Assembly (NCBI GenBank): GCA_964552045.1
Contig: CAZKFF010000008.1
Location: 1-54,515, forward strand
Length of the DNA stretch: 54,515 nucleotides
Direction: 5' to 3'
DNA from: an uncultured Candidatus Saccharibacteria bacterium
GTDB taxonomy: Bacteria; Patescibacteriota; Minisyncoccia; Phycocordibacterales; UBA918
Position 1 is the first letter of the stretch, and every line of letters starts with the position of its first letter. Below, piece by piece: positions 53,044 to 54,515 of the stretch. The position numbers and the translations under genes were made by a program. A model generated the notes under the pieces. The model searched no databases. It was not told the DNA's origin and saw nothing but the letters and a program-made list of their open reading frames with translations.

Positions 53044-53841
53044 ATGATCAGGAAACGGGATCTCATTGTCTTCATTGTCGTCTTGTTTGTGCTGCTTTTG
53101 TGTATTGCGGTGACGCTTGTTGCCGGCAGTGTGAAGGTGTCCCCGACAGGAGTACTCTTCACGGGAGATGAAGCTCCTCAGGAATTCACCGCCCAGGCTC
53201 CGCAGAATGACCTCAACAGAGAAGATATTATTTCGCGTCTGCGAAACGCCCTTGCACAGAACCAAAGCGATATCGAGCCGCAACCGAGTGTCGAGGAAGA
53301 CGCGGTCGAAGAAACGCAGACCATGGGAGAAGTCGATGAGCCTACGGGGGTGGACCGATGCGGTGGAGCCGATGATGCGCTTGCGTATGTGAAATCGTGG
53401 CCGCTTGCGGGCGTCGGGGTGGAGCAACAGGGAGGTGTACGAACTGTCGTGCATACGCAACAAATCACCGGTGTTCCGCTTCCGTATGCTTCCTCCACAG
53501 CTTCGTCTACACAGGGACAGACACGCACAGTGCTGCTCACGCTTCCTACTTCCCCGTATGCGACAGGCGAGACGCACTGCGTACCGAGCGATGTCATCGG
53601 CGTCACCACTTCCGGATCGTTGATGTTCAACAGTGACGCCGCCTTCTACCGCGGATATGGCACTGAATACCTCATCGGCTATGCCCGTGATGGATATCCC
53701 ATTTACGGCTACTATGAAGGGACGCTCGACAGCTGCGGCGGTTACATGCACCCATCCGGTTACCGTTACTCTGTGTCGGCGTCAAAGGATCATCTGCTGA
53801 GCTGCTATACGGCGACGCCCGCTTCTTTCACCGGATTGTAA
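53044..53841 (+). CDS. membrane-anchored YHYH-domain-like protein
   Basis: TM LIVFIVVLFVLLLCIAVTLVAG. C-terminal ..GYPIYGYYEGTLDSCGGYMHPSGYRYSV resembles the D.CGGH..YHYH pattern. Confidence 0.55.
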   Translation: MIRKRDLIVFIVVLFVLLLCIAVTLVAGSVKVSPTGVLFTGDEAPQEFTAQAPQNDLNREDIISRLRNALAQNQSDIEPQPSVEEDAVEETQTMGEVDEPTGVDRCGGADDALAYVKSWPLAGVGVEQQGGVRTVVHTQQITGVPLPYASSTASSTQGQTRTVLLTLPTSPYATGETHCVPSDVIGVTTSGSLMFNSDAAFYRGYGTEYLIGYARDGYPIYGYYEGTLDSCGGYMHPSGYRYSVSASKDHLLSCYTATPASFTGL

Positions 53842-54507
53842 ATGAGTATGGCCACACTTATCTTTGATATTGAAACGGTAGGTGAGGATTGGAAAACGCT
53901 CGACGCACTTACACAACATACGCTCACGCGGTGGATACAGAAGACCTCGCACACTAAGAGTGAACAGGACGCACTTCTGGAGGATCTCAAACAGGGATTG
54001 GGTTTTTCTCCGTTGACGGGTACGATCGTTGCTATCGGCCTGTACGACCTTGAACGCAGACAGGGAGCGGTGTATTACACCGGATTGTCGGACGAGGGGG
54101 ATATACCGCACGGGGAGTTCATTCTCAGGCAGTGTTCTGAGAAGGAGATGCTTGAAGCGTTCTGGGAAGGCGCAAAGAGCTATGACACCTTTGTGACATA
54201 CAACGGCAGGGAGTTCGATGTGCCGTTTATACTGCACCGTTCGGTCGCGCACGGTGTTGTACCGACCTGTCCGCTCATGGAAGGACGATATCTCTACCAG
54301 CAGAAGACGGTACGCCACGTCGATCTGCAGGATCAGCTTACGTTCTATGGTGCGATGCGCCGCAGGCCGAGTCTTCATCTGTTCTGCCGCTTATACGGTA
54401 TAGAGAGCCCGAAAGCGGGAGGTATCGGAGGCGATGATGTCGCGGGCAATTTTGGGGGCCAAAAATTACCCCACCACGCACCTGATAAAAAACCCCAAGT
54501 TCAATAA
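53842..54507 (+). CDS. RNase-H-fold 3'-5' exonuclease (PolB-exo/YprB-like); 3' end unreliable
   Basis: Exo I motif LIFDIETVG, plus TYNGREFDVPFI. The last ~25 codons lie in homopolymer-inflated contig-end sequence. Confidence 0.65.
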   Translation: MSMATLIFDIETVGEDWKTLDALTQHTLTRWIQKTSHTKSEQDALLEDLKQGLGFSPLTGTIVAIGLYDLERRQGAVYYTGLSDEGDIPHGEFILRQCSEKEMLEAFWEGAKSYDTFVTYNGREFDVPFILHRSVAHGVVPTCPLMEGRYLYQQKTVRHVDLQDQLTFYGAMRRRPSLHLFCRLYGIESPKAGGIGGDDVAGNFGGQKLPHHAPDKKPQVQ

Positions 54508-54515
54508 AAAAAAAA

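Noticed and set aside
1-54515. CRISPR arrays, rRNA genes, IS elements, integrases and transposases
   Set aside because: Scanning the sequence and the ORF translations found no regularly spaced direct repeats and no DDE, tyrosine-recombinase or serine-recombinase-like proteins. The only dispersed repeats seen are terminator palindromes and the att-like motifs reported above.

Overview
Gene-dense 54.5-kb bacterial segment. After the first 3.4 kb it is almost entirely on the + strand. Housekeeping genes (topA, dprA, serS, ftsQ-like, dus, dnaX, rarA, htrA, hsp20, msrB) alternate with accessory blocks. Three things suggest a small-genome uncultivated lineage (CPR/Patescibacteria-like), by inference only: type-IV-pilin-like genes with GFTLIEVLLVIAILAILA N-termini, many small orphan membrane or secreted proteins, and frequent TATA(A/C)T-N6-9-ATG starts that look leaderless. 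Main points follow. (1) tRNA-Gln(CUG) at 11252-11322 is followed by a visibly A+T-rich block. It carries a thiol/metal module plus csoR, a CPH-type Cu ATPase and a multicopper oxidase, and it ends in a tRNA/tmRNA-like relic at 18455-18558. (2) A second copper locus at 43.5-49.5 kb holds ycnI-like, copC-copD fusion, cupredoxin and DsbA-like genes. Both copper loci begin with paralogous small 2-TM proteins ending in GILNPK[IL]F, a family I cannot name. (3) A G+C-rich three-gene module at 32.4-35.1 kb has Shine-Dalgarno starts, strong hairpin terminators and a structured leader. (4) A QEGLA/DUF1704 peptidase, a Fem/GNAT-like protein and an ATP-grasp ligase cluster at 49.5-53.0 kb. (5) Decay signatures are present: a homopolymer frameshift in a ydeI-like gene and a pilM remnant. 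I recognised no CRISPR array, rRNA, integrase or transposase. All compositional statements are by eye; nothing was computed or searched.
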